Shown here: positions 36,022 through 44,226 of the stretch, piece after piece
Layout of the letters: each line of letters begins with the position of its first letter
Numbering within the stretch: the stretch's first letter is position 1
DNA from: a virus
Direction: 5' to 3' (one strand)
IMG/VR virus record: IMGVR_UViG_3300032288_002265
Span: 1-64,000 of that record
DNA: 64,000 nucleotides
Translations under genes and position numbers: made by a program
Notes under the pieces: generated by a model
Told to the model about the DNA's origin: nothing
Databases searched by the model: none
Seen by the model: only the letters and a program-made list of their open reading frames with translations

Positions 36022-36254
36022 ATCTCTGGAGCATTTCGCTGAATGATCGGGCGCAGCCTGCGGAGGTTAAGAAACGCTGCTCTTTGGCCTCCTTTGCCAT
36101 TCGATGGGCGGCTCGTTTCGTTGCCGTTCCAAAGGGATCTGTTCGTCGCGGAGTGAATCCAACTCCGGGCAGTATTTGCGCCTTTCCACGCATCGGATCT
36201 CAGCGTCGCCCGCAACTTCCGATTGGCCATCTCTGGAGCATTACGCTGAATGAT
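36022..36254. repeat. 26-nt direct repeat, 2 copies
   Basis: ATCTCTGGAGCATT(T/A)CGCTGAATGAT at 36022-36047 and 36229-36254. Confidence 0.8.
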
Positions 36255-36669
36255 GGGAACCCTCTTTTGGTTGCGGCCTGAGTCGATGCGCCAGTGATGC
36301 GCCTGACTTGCCTTCATCTTACGTCTGACTGTGATCACCCTGTCCCGTGGTGTCGCCACGGTTAGGACTGACGGCGATGGAACATTTTACCCACGGAGGG
36401 GACCATCAAACGCGAGCCCAAGGCTTCTTCGATCTCCCGCAGGGTTCCCCCCACGAGCAGTCTTTCTTGCAAGGCCTGTGATTCGCACAGGAACGGTTGG
36501 TGTTGTAGGTTTATCCGTTTCAATCCGCCACGGATCACAGCAGCCCGGAGGATTGCAGCCTCGGGGTATCTCCGCAGTTTACGAGTTGCTCGCCGCACAC
36601 CGATCTCCTTGGCCTCGACGGCTGGGTGTCTGTTGGGTCTTGGCATTCTGCGCTCGACGGTCTCTATCC

Positions 36670-36825
36670 AGCTGACCGTTGCTTGCTAGGGACTTGGGGA
36701 CTAGTGCCGCTGACTAGGAAGGGACGAACCCTCCGGTCAGACCCACGCCGAAGCATGGGGCTGAACGGAAAGCCCGAGGGGCCGAAGCCCACCGGGAAAG
36801 AGACAAGGGACGCTGGTCCCTAGAG
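36670..36825 (-). ncRNA. Candidate structured RNA (hairpin array)
   Basis: Consecutive minus-strand stems, two with C(UUCG)G loops; no convincing ORF. Confidence 0.4.
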
Positions 36826-37064
36826 TAGGCCAGCCACAAGGAAGGCGCAGATGGCGACAACGCCCACGGACTCGCCCTCCTCGACAATCAGCCGAGCCTC
36901 ACGAGGCCCAAGCCTGACAATGTGGTGGACAGCACGGGGCCAAGCGCGGCGTTCATAGCCAAAGCCGAAAAGGACGGGGCGGGATTCAAGGATCATGGGA
37001 ATGGGATGAATGGGTTGAAGGCCGGGGCAGATTGCGCCACCCCGGCCCACTAGGGACGCCGTCC

Positions 37065-37625
37065 TTATTCGGCGGACTCGTCGTCGGCGGACTCGTCGGT
37101 GTCGTCCATGTCGCCAGCCTCGATCATGGCGATGGCCGCTTTCAGCATTTCCACGGCATCGTCGGCATCTTCATCGGCGAAGGCCCAAGCCCGCTTGGCG
37201 AGACGCTCCACGGCGTCGGTGTCGTCGGCTTCACCCTTGGCCTTGGCCTTGCCCTTGGCCTTCCCAGCCTGAATCAGGGCATCGAGGATCGACACGGCAT
37301 CGCGAGCCTTCCCGGCATCGGAGCGCAAGGCACGCTGGCGCAGGCCGGCCGCACGCAAGGCCTTGTTCACAGAGTTGCTCTTTTGTGCCCGAGCATAGAC
37401 CGCTTTGATTCGGCCCGTGATGGCATCATCATCGAGACCGAGTGACTTGTACTTGGCGACGGCTTCCTTGACGGCTTGGGTCAGATTGGCTGCAGCAATC
37501 ACGGCCGTTTCAACGATGGCCTGCAGGGCGGTGTCGATGGCGACGGCCGAGGCTTCAATGGCCTTGGCATCGGGCTTGGCGGACTTGGTGGCGGGCTTGG
37601 CTGACTTGTTGTTGTTGGTGCTCAT
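37065..37625 (-). CDS. First early-region protein with a basic N-terminus and acidic C-terminus
   Basis: Strong codon bias; CAA-rich leader; C-terminal DMDDTDESADDESAE. Confidence 0.75.
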   Translation of the reverse strand: MSTNNNKSAKPATKSAKPDAKAIEASAVAIDTALQAIVETAVIAAANLTQAVKEAVAKYKSLGLDDDAITGRIKAVYARAQKSNSVNKALRAAGLRQRALRSDAGKARDAVSILDALIQAGKAKGKAKAKGEADDTDAVERLAKRAWAFADEDADDAVEMLKAAIAMIEAGDMDDTDESADDESAE

Positions 37626-37759
37626 GTTGTGTCGTTGTTGTGTGGTGGGCGTTGCTGCCCGTTGTTGTTATTGAATAAGGGACGCACGTCCCTTGTACAC
37701 ATAGGGTTTATGGCGATAAACGGTTGATACCCTTACTATCAAAGGTAACAAACGGCCTC

Positions 37760-37779
37760 GGGGGTGGGGGGAGGGTGGG
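37760..37779 (+). other. G-quadruplex motif
   Basis: GGGGG-T-GGGGGG-A-GGG-T-GGG in non-coding DNA. Confidence 0.7.
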
Positions 37780-37900
37780 AACGCTCTGGGCTGGCTGTGG
37801 ACACATACCCCCCTTTTCTCAACTTTCTGACTTTGGCAGTATTGAACGGTCCCGCACTCGTCCAGTAACAGTGATAGACGCTGTACTACTACAACGATTG

Positions 37901-37983
37901 TGCTCTTGCTGGCACTTACTGGATCGTGCGGGCACTTGCTGGCACTTGCTCCGGGCGGTGGGAGGCACTGGCCGGCACGTGCG
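37901..37983 (+). repeat. GGCACTTGCT-like decamer repeats
   Basis: Units at 37901 (degenerate), 37911, 37931, 37941, 37964 and 37974. Confidence 0.7.
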
Positions 37984-38313
37984 GGGGTGGGGCGGGGCGA
38001 CGAAGCCTCCCAGGGGAGATGGGTAGGTTGGAGCGTGGGGGTCTCCTGTGTCAGCCTCGGGCGATGGTCGCCTTGTCCTACCCTGGCCTGCTACGTGGGC
38101 CTGCTGACGCCTTCTCCAGATCACCTGGAGCGCATTAAGCGGCGAGGGGTTCTGCCCCATTCCGCTCCATCCCTTCACTCGTGGACCGCCTTACGCGATT
38201 TCCAGGAGCTACACGGCCGTTCCTCTTGGGTTCGGCGTGCTCGTGTTACCCCTGTAGCGGTGTAGCGTCAAGGGTGTTGACGTTTCTGTGGGTGGCGGGA
38301 ATCCTCTGGAGCA

Positions 38314-38580
38314 ATGAAATCGACGTTTACCTCGACGACTGCAGCTGTGATTGCCCCAGCCAATGTCTACCGCAAGCACCTGATCATCCACAATGAGAGC
38401 GGTGGTCATCTGCACGTGCTTTTGGGGTCTCGGACGACCGTTTCCACCACCAACTACACTGTCGACATCTCTAACGGACAGGTGTGGCAGGTGCCTGCTG
38501 GGTTCATTGGCGTTGTCCAGGGCATCTATGCAGCCTCTGGAAGCGCCCAGGTGACCGAGGTCAACGAGACCGACCACTGA
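38314..38580 (+). CDS. Small beta-rich protein, possibly virion decoration
   Basis: ANVYRKHLIIHNES...LHVLLG pattern; lone + strand gene. Confidence 0.55.
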   Translation: MKSTFTSTTAAVIAPANVYRKHLIIHNESGGHLHVLLGSRTTVSTTNYTVDISNGQVWQVPAGFIGVVQGIYAASGSAQVTEVNETDH

Positions 38581-38603
38581 TCTTCGGGAATGGAGGGTCT
38601 TGG

Positions 38604-39557
38604 CTACGAGGCAACCTTGAACTCGGCCTTGATGACTCTCTCGTTCATTCCGGTAGAGTAAACCAGGTCCATCCAGACGCTTCCAAGCGGCTTCGGAGGC
38701 ATCCCACGCTCCACAGCCCAGCCATGGGAGCCATCACCGTAGTCGTCCTTGTAGCCTGGGGTGCGTATGAAGACCTGCGAGTCCATGGAGACGTGGCTGT
38801 TTTTCAGGCGCTCCCGTGCCAGGGTGGCCATCCATGAGTCATGGGTGTGCCCATTGAGTATCACGTCGGCATCGGGTAGGAACGATGCCTGGCGACGGGT
38901 CGAGAGCACACCATGGGTCATCATTCCACCGCCTCCAGATCCGTGGAAATACTTCAGTTTCATTGTAACCGAAGCACCTCCTCGCTGGTCCGGCTTGTAC
39001 TCCCGGTCAGCACCACGGAACTTCACCCAGCCACCGTAGCCACCAAGTCGAATGCCGTGTCCCTTGGAGCGCATCAGGGCCACCACACGCTCGCTCATGT
39101 TGATCTCGTGGCGCTTGAGGACCGAGGTCTCGTGGTTGCCCATGGCTAGTAGTGCCACAGGGTACTGCATCAGGAACTCGACCGTGTCATCGATGACGGA
39201 GTCAAAGTAGGCACCGGAACGGTACTCGGGTCGAAGCTCGTCCTTGGAGCCTCGAGGATCCCACTTCCCCTGCATGGCGTCGAACCAGTCGCCTGCAATG
39301 ATGATGACAGCATTCTGTTGGAGAGCTTCATCGAAGTGGCGTTTGAGCATCTTGCGGTCGCACTTCATGGAGTCGAAGTGGACATCGCTCGTCAGGAGCA
39401 CCTTCAGTTTCGATCCACGACCAAACGGAATTAGTATGGAGTGGACGTTACGTGAGAGCTCGGAGACTTCAACGGAGAGAGGATTGATAGACTTCATGGG
39501 AGGAGGAGGAAAACCCTTGACCTCTCCATCAAGCGCAATCCTGTAAGTGAGTGTCAA
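38604..39557 (-). CDS. Calcineurin-like metallophosphoesterase
   Basis: SDVHFD, AGDWFD, GNHE, YFHG and GHTH. Confidence 0.85.
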   Translation of the reverse strand: MTLTYRIALDGEVKGFPPPPMKSINPLSVEVSELSRNVHSILIPFGRGSKLKVLLTSDVHFDSMKCDRKMLKRHFDEALQQNAVIIIAGDWFDAMQGKWDPRGSKDELRPEYRSGAYFDSVIDDTVEFLMQYPVALLAMGNHETSVLKRHEINMSERVVALMRSKGHGIRLGGYGGWVKFRGADREYKPDQRGGASVTMKLKYFHGSGGGGMMTHGVLSTRRQASFLPDADVILNGHTHDSWMATLARERLKNSHVSMDSQVFIRTPGYKDDYGDGSHGWAVERGMPPKPLGSVWMDLVYSTGMNERVIKAEFKVAS

Positions 39558-39859
39558 GATATGGCGCTGGGCACAAACGGCTCACCAGGGCAACGTTGGG
39601 CGTGCTCTGCGAAGCCGGCGTAGGCTCGGAGATCGACGTAGTTGTCCTCGTGGAAGACCCGCATCGATCGCTGCAGCTTGAACTGGCACATCATCAGTTC
39701 AACGACGTGGGATGGCAGGGTGTGAGGCAGGCGGATGCCGTAGTGCTGCTGGATGGCGGCGGTCCAGCATAGGCCGATGTTATCGTGCGATAGGTGGGGC
39801 TCACCGTACACGCTGCCGCGTTGCTGGATTGTCTCGCTGACCTTGGATTCGGCGCTCAT
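39554..39859 (-). CDS. DUF6378-like protein (all-alpha, NTP-pyrophosphatase-related)
   Basis: QRGSVYG...DNIGLCW...KLQR...HEDNYVDLRAYA. Confidence 0.7.
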   Translation of the reverse strand: MSAESKVSETIQQRGSVYGEPHLSHDNIGLCWTAAIQQHYGIRLPHTLPSHVVELMMCQFKLQRSMRVFHEDNYVDLRAYAGFAEHAQRCPGEPFVPSAIS

Positions 39860-40100
39860 TTGAAAGTTCGATTGATACGTCGCGCCCCTTGATCGAGACC
39901 GACTCTACGGCCTCGCGCTTCAGGAGCTCTTCGGCCAGTTCGTTGTTCCCTTTCCAGGAATGGCAGACGCAGGCCATGGTGATGTCGTGGTTGTCGGGCT
40001 TCGTTGATTTCTTCTTCTTCTCGCCGTCCGCCTTGAGCTCGCCGCGCACCACCGTGACGACGCGCCCACCTGACAGGGAGACTTGGATTATTGCACTCAT
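39801..40100 (-). CDS. Hypothetical protein
   Basis: MSAIIQVSLSGG...; fills the intergenic gap. Confidence 0.45.
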   Translation of the reverse strand: MSAIIQVSLSGGRVVTVVRGELKADGEKKKKSTKPDNHDITMACVCHSWKGNNELAEELLKREAVESVSIKGRDVSIELSNERRIQGQRDNPATRQRVR

Positions 40101-40168
40101 CGTGGAGTGCGGTATCCGGCACACAAGTCAAGCACCGGATACCGCGTCAATCTTGTTGCGTTTGGGTG

Positions 40169-40270
40169 TTACTTGCCACCTTTGACAGCCTTACCACCCT
40201 TGCCGCCCTTGGGCGGAAACGGGAACGGCTTGCCACCCTTGGTGGACTTGGAATCCTTGGATCCTTTCAT
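40169..40270 (-). CDS. 33-aa Lys/Gly-rich peptide
   Basis: AGGAGG SD and ATGA overlap; MKGSKDSKSTKGGKPFPFPPKGGKGGKAVKGGK. Confidence 0.6.
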   Translation of the reverse strand: MKGSKDSKSTKGGKPFPFPPKGGKGGKAVKGGK

Positions 40271-40926
40271 TTCAATTCACCTCCTTTCCTTTTGCGTATC
40301 TCCGCAAAAACCAGATTTCCGTCCATGATGCGTACAGTGCAATCAGCGACGTGTTTGACCTTGTGGGTCACGTTGTAGAATTGGCCCTTGTTCCACAGCA
40401 CCAGGTCGTCCCCTGACGTGTCGAAGTTCCACCCGTGCATCCCCTGATACTTCTGCTTCTCACCCTCGTTGCGGTGGTGGAGCAGCGTTACCCAGCCTCC
40501 TGGCTTGGTCACTGCGATCATCTCGAGGATGACCGTCATCGGGTATTGGCTGTGGTCGACGCTGTTCTGGGCGTTGACCAGATCGAAGTAATCGGCTCCG
40601 AACTGCTCGTAGAGCCCCTCGCCAAAGCCCAGGATGGTCCTGACAGGGGGAACGATGCCATGCTTCTCCAGCAGGCGGTTGTAGCCCTCGGCCAGAGGGT
40701 CCACAGCGGTGACAATGATGCGGTCTTCGCCACAACGCTTGCCGAACGTGGTCAGCGGGCCAGCGCCCACATCGAGCACATGGGCGTTGGCAAAGAGTTT
40801 TCCGCGCATGAAGTCGGCAACTTGGGAATCGGGGTCAAGGCGGTTCTGGAAATCTCCAGGCCACTGACCTCCCTTGGTCTCCAGAATGGAGTCCCAGAAA
40901 TTGAGCTCGTGTGAAGTTTCACTCAT
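40267..40926 (-). CDS. Class I SAM-dependent methyltransferase
   Basis: VLDVGAG motif I, VTAVDP, FDLVNAQNSVDH and TKPGG; start MSETSHEL. Confidence 0.85.
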   Translation of the reverse strand: MSETSHELNFWDSILETKGGQWPGDFQNRLDPDSQVADFMRGKLFANAHVLDVGAGPLTTFGKRCGEDRIIVTAVDPLAEGYNRLLEKHGIVPPVRTILGFGEGLYEQFGADYFDLVNAQNSVDHSQYPMTVILEMIAVTKPGGWVTLLHHRNEGEKQKYQGMHGWNFDTSGDDLVLWNKGQFYNVTHKVKHVADCTVRIMDGNLVFAEIRKRKGGELK

Positions 40927-41227
40927 GCCAACCAACGTCTTGCGGCTGTCCTGTCTCCCTTGCCCAACATCCCCCTCCAAAGCGGATCTTGGTAGGCATA
41001 TGGCATCCGCACCCATAAGGCGCATTCTGCCATGGCCTGCATCTGTGGAGATCCCTCCCGTACAACGGACACCGAGCACACTGACGAAGTAGCGCGAGCG
41101 TAGTACGACGCGATCTCCATCGCCAAGGGGAAAGAAGGAATCGGAGCATCCAAATTCCTGGATCCTTCCCCTCGGCGTGGAGAACAGCGATCCACTCACG
41201 CAGCCTGCGAAACTTAACAAACCTCAT
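40919..41227 (-). CDS. Cys-rich (Zn-binding) protein
   Basis: CARCP...C...GCGCHMPTK...GC. Confidence 0.55.
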   Translation of the reverse strand: MRFVKFRRLREWIAVLHAEGKDPGIWMLRFLLSPWRWRSRRTTLALLRQCARCPLYGRDLHRCRPWQNAPYGCGCHMPTKIRFGGGCWARETGQPQDVGWHE

Positions 41228-41465
41228 GCCACAGTTTGTGTACTTTCTGTGGGGTGGTTGGCACGGCCTTTGCCTTGAACAGGTCAAACTGGCCTGAGAT
41301 GGCATCGGCGAGCACATCACCGCTGATGCTGCGCTTGAGCCTGGTGTGTTTCTGCCAGCCCTGAAGCAACTGCTTCTTGGGATCCCAGCGGAACACCCAG
41401 ACCTTCCCCTGCGCCATTGCCTCGAACTTGCAGCGGCGCACCCTCGTTTTCTTCGTTGGATTCAT
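41214..41465 (-). CDS. Small basic hypothetical protein
   Basis: ATGA-coupled ORF. Confidence 0.5.
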   Translation of the reverse strand: MNPTKKTRVRRCKFEAMAQGKVWVFRWDPKKQLLQGWQKHTRLKRSISGDVLADAISGQFDLFKAKAVPTTPQKVHKLWHEVC

Positions 41466-42442
41466 AGTCTCGTGACGATTTCTCCCGGCCCGAACCACTC
41501 ACCCTGGCGCGACCAACGAACAGCGTCGGTATTGCCATCGATGACCCGGATGGTCGGGAGATTGAGCTTGTTGGCGATGGCACGGACGATCGACTCATCG
41601 TTCGTCCCTTCCACGATGTTCCAGATCTCGTCCATCACCCACGAGAGGTACACCTCGCGGGCTCTGCCGTGCTTCGCGTAGAACCGCTTCGAGTTCCAGA
41701 GGTGGAACGCAGTCTTGTTCTTCACGGGATGATCAGCGGCAATGTCGAGCGTGGTGATCTTACCCACGCGCTTTTTCATCACTGCGGCGAGCATTGGGAG
41801 CGAATACTGCTCGGCAAACACCATCTCGGTGATCGGCAGGTCGCGGCCTGATCCCTTGATCAGAACCTTGTGCGCGGCTGTCACCCCCTTGATTGACCCA
41901 CGGATCATCAGGGACTCCGCAAGGTGGCGGTATTCCTCCAGGATCTCCTGGTCGTTGAAGCCCAGTATCGCCGTGTTGAGCGGTGAGACGCATGGAAGTT
42001 CTGTAGTCTTGATGATGTCTTCAGCTTCAGACCATAGGCTATTCCAGGCATATACTTCCCAGTGGCGCGGCTCGTCATGCAGCACGTTCACGTCGTTCCA
42101 CGTCGACGGCCGCTTCCACAGCACTGCATCGAGATCGACGAGGATGCACGGAGCCTTGAGCAGGTTGAGTGCGGCGATCTTACCAGCGGCCCAGTAGGTG
42201 TCCTGATTGATCTTTGGATCGATCCGGAGTCGCAGCACCCCGTCGTAGAGCTTGCTGATGCCGGTCGATTCAGCGAACTCCTGGCCGAGCTCATCGCAGC
42301 ACAGCATGATGGGTCCGATCATGTCTCGATACGCCAGTGCGCTGAGCATCATCGTGGCGATCTCGAAGTCCTCGAGGGGCTTCTTGTAGACCAGGGCGTG
42401 TGCCCCGATTGGGTCTTGGATGTACAGGCTTAATCTATTCAT
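41462..42442 (-). CDS. GT-A-like nucleotide-sugar transferase (DUF6734-like)
   Basis: YWAAGKIAAL...ILVDLDAVLWK (DxD), NTAILG and VFAEQY. Confidence 0.65.
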   Translation of the reverse strand: MNRLSLYIQDPIGAHALVYKKPLEDFEIATMMLSALAYRDMIGPIMLCCDELGQEFAESTGISKLYDGVLRLRIDPKINQDTYWAAGKIAALNLLKAPCILVDLDAVLWKRPSTWNDVNVLHDEPRHWEVYAWNSLWSEAEDIIKTTELPCVSPLNTAILGFNDQEILEEYRHLAESLMIRGSIKGVTAAHKVLIKGSGRDLPITEMVFAEQYSLPMLAAVMKKRVGKITTLDIAADHPVKNKTAFHLWNSKRFYAKHGRAREVYLSWVMDEIWNIVEGTNDESIVRAIANKLNLPTIRVIDGNTDAVRWSRQGEWFGPGEIVTRL

Positions 42443-42870
42443 TGGAACGAGTTTGGTTTTTCTTTTGCGAGGCGGACGAGATGCGGTTTGAGGCCTGGAG
42501 ATGGTTTGATCTTCAGCACGAACTGCGGGGGCTGAAACACCTTGAACTCTCCGACTCCTTGTCGCCCTGCGCGGAAAGTTGCGTGAATGGTGCCGATTCC
42601 AGGGAGCGCGACTCGCTCTCCGTTGGCGATCTTCGAGAAGATCCAGGCGATGTAAGCCCGGGTGATCTTCGCAGGCTTGTTGCATGGGCTTTTCTTGGCG
42701 TACCCGTAGACCTCGTGCGCGAAGTCAGTGTGGGTGTTGAGCCGATTGTTGTAGGAACCTTTCCGCAGCAGCCGCTTGGGATAGGCACTGCGAGCAGACG
42801 AACTGGTTGAGCTCGGAGTCGAACCACTTGTGGGGTCCGTCGGATTCACAGAGGTAGCATCGTTGTTCAT
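42439..42870 (-). CDS. HU/IHF-like DNA-binding protein (start uncertain)
   Basis: IANGERVALPGIGTIHATFRAGRQG...KIKPSPGLK matches the HU arm signature. Confidence 0.7.
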   Translation of the reverse strand: MNNDATSVNPTDPTSGSTPSSTSSSARSAYPKRLLRKGSYNNRLNTHTDFAHEVYGYAKKSPCNKPAKITRAYIAWIFSKIANGERVALPGIGTIHATFRAGRQGVGEFKVFQPPQFVLKIKPSPGLKPHLVRLAKEKPNSFQ

Positions 42871-42916
42871 TCCTGTTTTTGGGTGGGACGTATCTGATGG
42901 AAGTCTTCGGTTTCAT
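42725..42916 (-). CDS. Small zinc-finger protein
   Basis: CYLC...CSQC; ATGA coupling to the DnaB stop. Confidence 0.5.
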   Translation of the reverse strand: MKPKTSIRYVPPKNRNEQRCYLCESDGPHKWFDSELNQFVCSQCLSQAAAAERFLQQSAQHPH

Positions 42917-44226
42917 TCGTCGATGGGACTGATTCCCGTGAATCTACAGAACTGGCCCTCGTACCAGAGCTTCACGATTCCGCACTCACCGTCGCGTTGC
43001 TTCGCGATGATGAGCTTCGCCTCCCCTCGAGGCTCTCCCCGGTTCCTGTCGAGTAGGCACACAGTGTCGGCATCGCGCTCGATCTGTCCGGATTCGGCCA
43101 GGTCGCTGAGCTTCGGGGTGCGGTTTTTCTCCTTTTCCGATTCGCGGTTGATCTGCGCGAGGCAGACCATCGCCACATTCGAGGCGACCGCGCAACCCTT
43201 CAGCTTGGTCGACACCTCGCCGACCTCGTAGGTGCGCTTCTCGTGCTTACCAGAGGCTTGGATCTTCTGGAGGTAGTCGATGATCACCAACTTCACCTTG
43301 TGCCGCCGCACAGCCCTGCGGATCGACGCGGTGATGGTTGAGACCGTCCCGCCCGATGACACGTCGAGGAAGTGCAGCGGGGCTCTGGAGATCTTCACGC
43401 CGGCCGCTCCGATCTTCTTGAAGTCGCCCTCATCGAGGTCGGCCGTCTTGATCGTCTGCATGGGCACGCCGGCCACGGTCGACACCAGTCGGCGCATGAG
43501 GGCCTTCTCGCTCATCTCGGCCGTCACGAAGAGCGTGGGGACGCCCTCGTTGACGCACGCCACCTGGGTGATCGACACACCCATCGCGGTCTTGCCGATG
43601 CTGGGACGAGCAGCGACGAGGAAGAGCTCGCCGAACTGGATGCCGTCCGTCATGCGGTCGAGCATCTGGATCCCGGAGGTCACGCCGCTCAGCTTCCCGC
43701 GAGTGGCCCAGCGATCCTGGAGCGCATCGAGGAATCCGGAGACGACCGTCTTCGAGTTCGCGGTCGCCGGCATGACCTCCTGCTCCATCGAGATGCCAGC
43801 CTCGAGTTGAGAGATCGCAGCGTCGACCGGCGTCGATGAGTTTCCTGAGTCGGTCACTAGCCGCTGGCCAGCTTCACGCAGCCTGCGACGAGTGAACGCT
43901 TCGCGAACCCCCTGGACGTGGTAGCTCAGGTTGTGCTCCGAGGGACAGGAGTCCATCGCCTTGCTCCACACCTCGATCGGCATGGGCTTCTTCGAGTACA
44001 CCTTCTTCCATGCTCGGCCCAGCGTGTCCATGCCTGGCTTGCCGCCTTCCTTGAGGATCGCATCAACCAGGTCGAGCGACTCCCTGACCGTGTCGTTTGT
44101 CAGCAGGCCTGCGTGCATCTGGGCGACGGCATCGGCCGCTGTCTCGGTCGATCCGATCAGGCAGGCTCCAAGGATCCCGAGCTCGTCGGACTCCGAGAAA
44201 TACACATCTGTGTTTTCTAAACTCAC
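42913..44226 (-). CDS. dnaB: Replicative DNA helicase
   Basis: AARPSIGKT (Walker A), AEMS, IIDYLQ, AQINR, SDLAESGQIERDAD and AKQRDG. Confidence 0.95.
   Translation of the reverse strand: MSLENTDVYFSESDELGILGACLIGSTETAADAVAQMHAGLLTNDTVRESLDLVDAILKEGGKPGMDTLGRAWKKVYSKKPMPIEVWSKAMDSCPSEHNLSYHVQGVREAFTRRRLREAGQRLVTDSGNSSTPVDAAISQLEAGISMEQEVMPATANSKTVVSGFLDALQDRWATRGKLSGVTSGIQMLDRMTDGIQFGELFLVAARPSIGKTAMGVSITQVACVNEGVPTLFVTAEMSEKALMRRLVSTVAGVPMQTIKTADLDEGDFKKIGAAGVKISRAPLHFLDVSSGGTVSTITASIRRAVRRHKVKLVIIDYLQKIQASGKHEKRTYEVGEVSTKLKGCAVASNVAMVCLAQINRESEKEKNRTPKLSDLAESGQIERDADTVCLLDRNRGEPRGEAKLIIAKQRDGECGIVKLWYEGQFCRFTGISPIDE

Larger units (their letters stand above)
31398..37694. repeat. Dispersed palindrome family TAGGGAC-N2-4-GTCCCTA (about 10 copies)
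   Basis: Copies at 31398, 32566, 33096, 34532, 35245, 35984, 36687 (half-site), 36805, 37051 and 37677. Confidence 0.85.

Noticed and set aside
36719-36735. GGGTTCGTCCC (- strand) resembling a tRNA T-arm
   Set aside because: No cloverleaf, D-arm or acceptor stem could be built around it.
31398-37694. Palindrome-separated small genes read as an integron cassette array or CRISPR
   Set aside because: Spacing is irregular (hundreds of nt), some copies lie within genes, there is no attC R/L box structure and the recombinase shows no evident IntI features.
37724-38265. Several 70-120 aa ORFs in the G-rich region
   Set aside because: They are low-complexity translations of repeats and G-tracts without phage-like codon bias; treated as non-coding.
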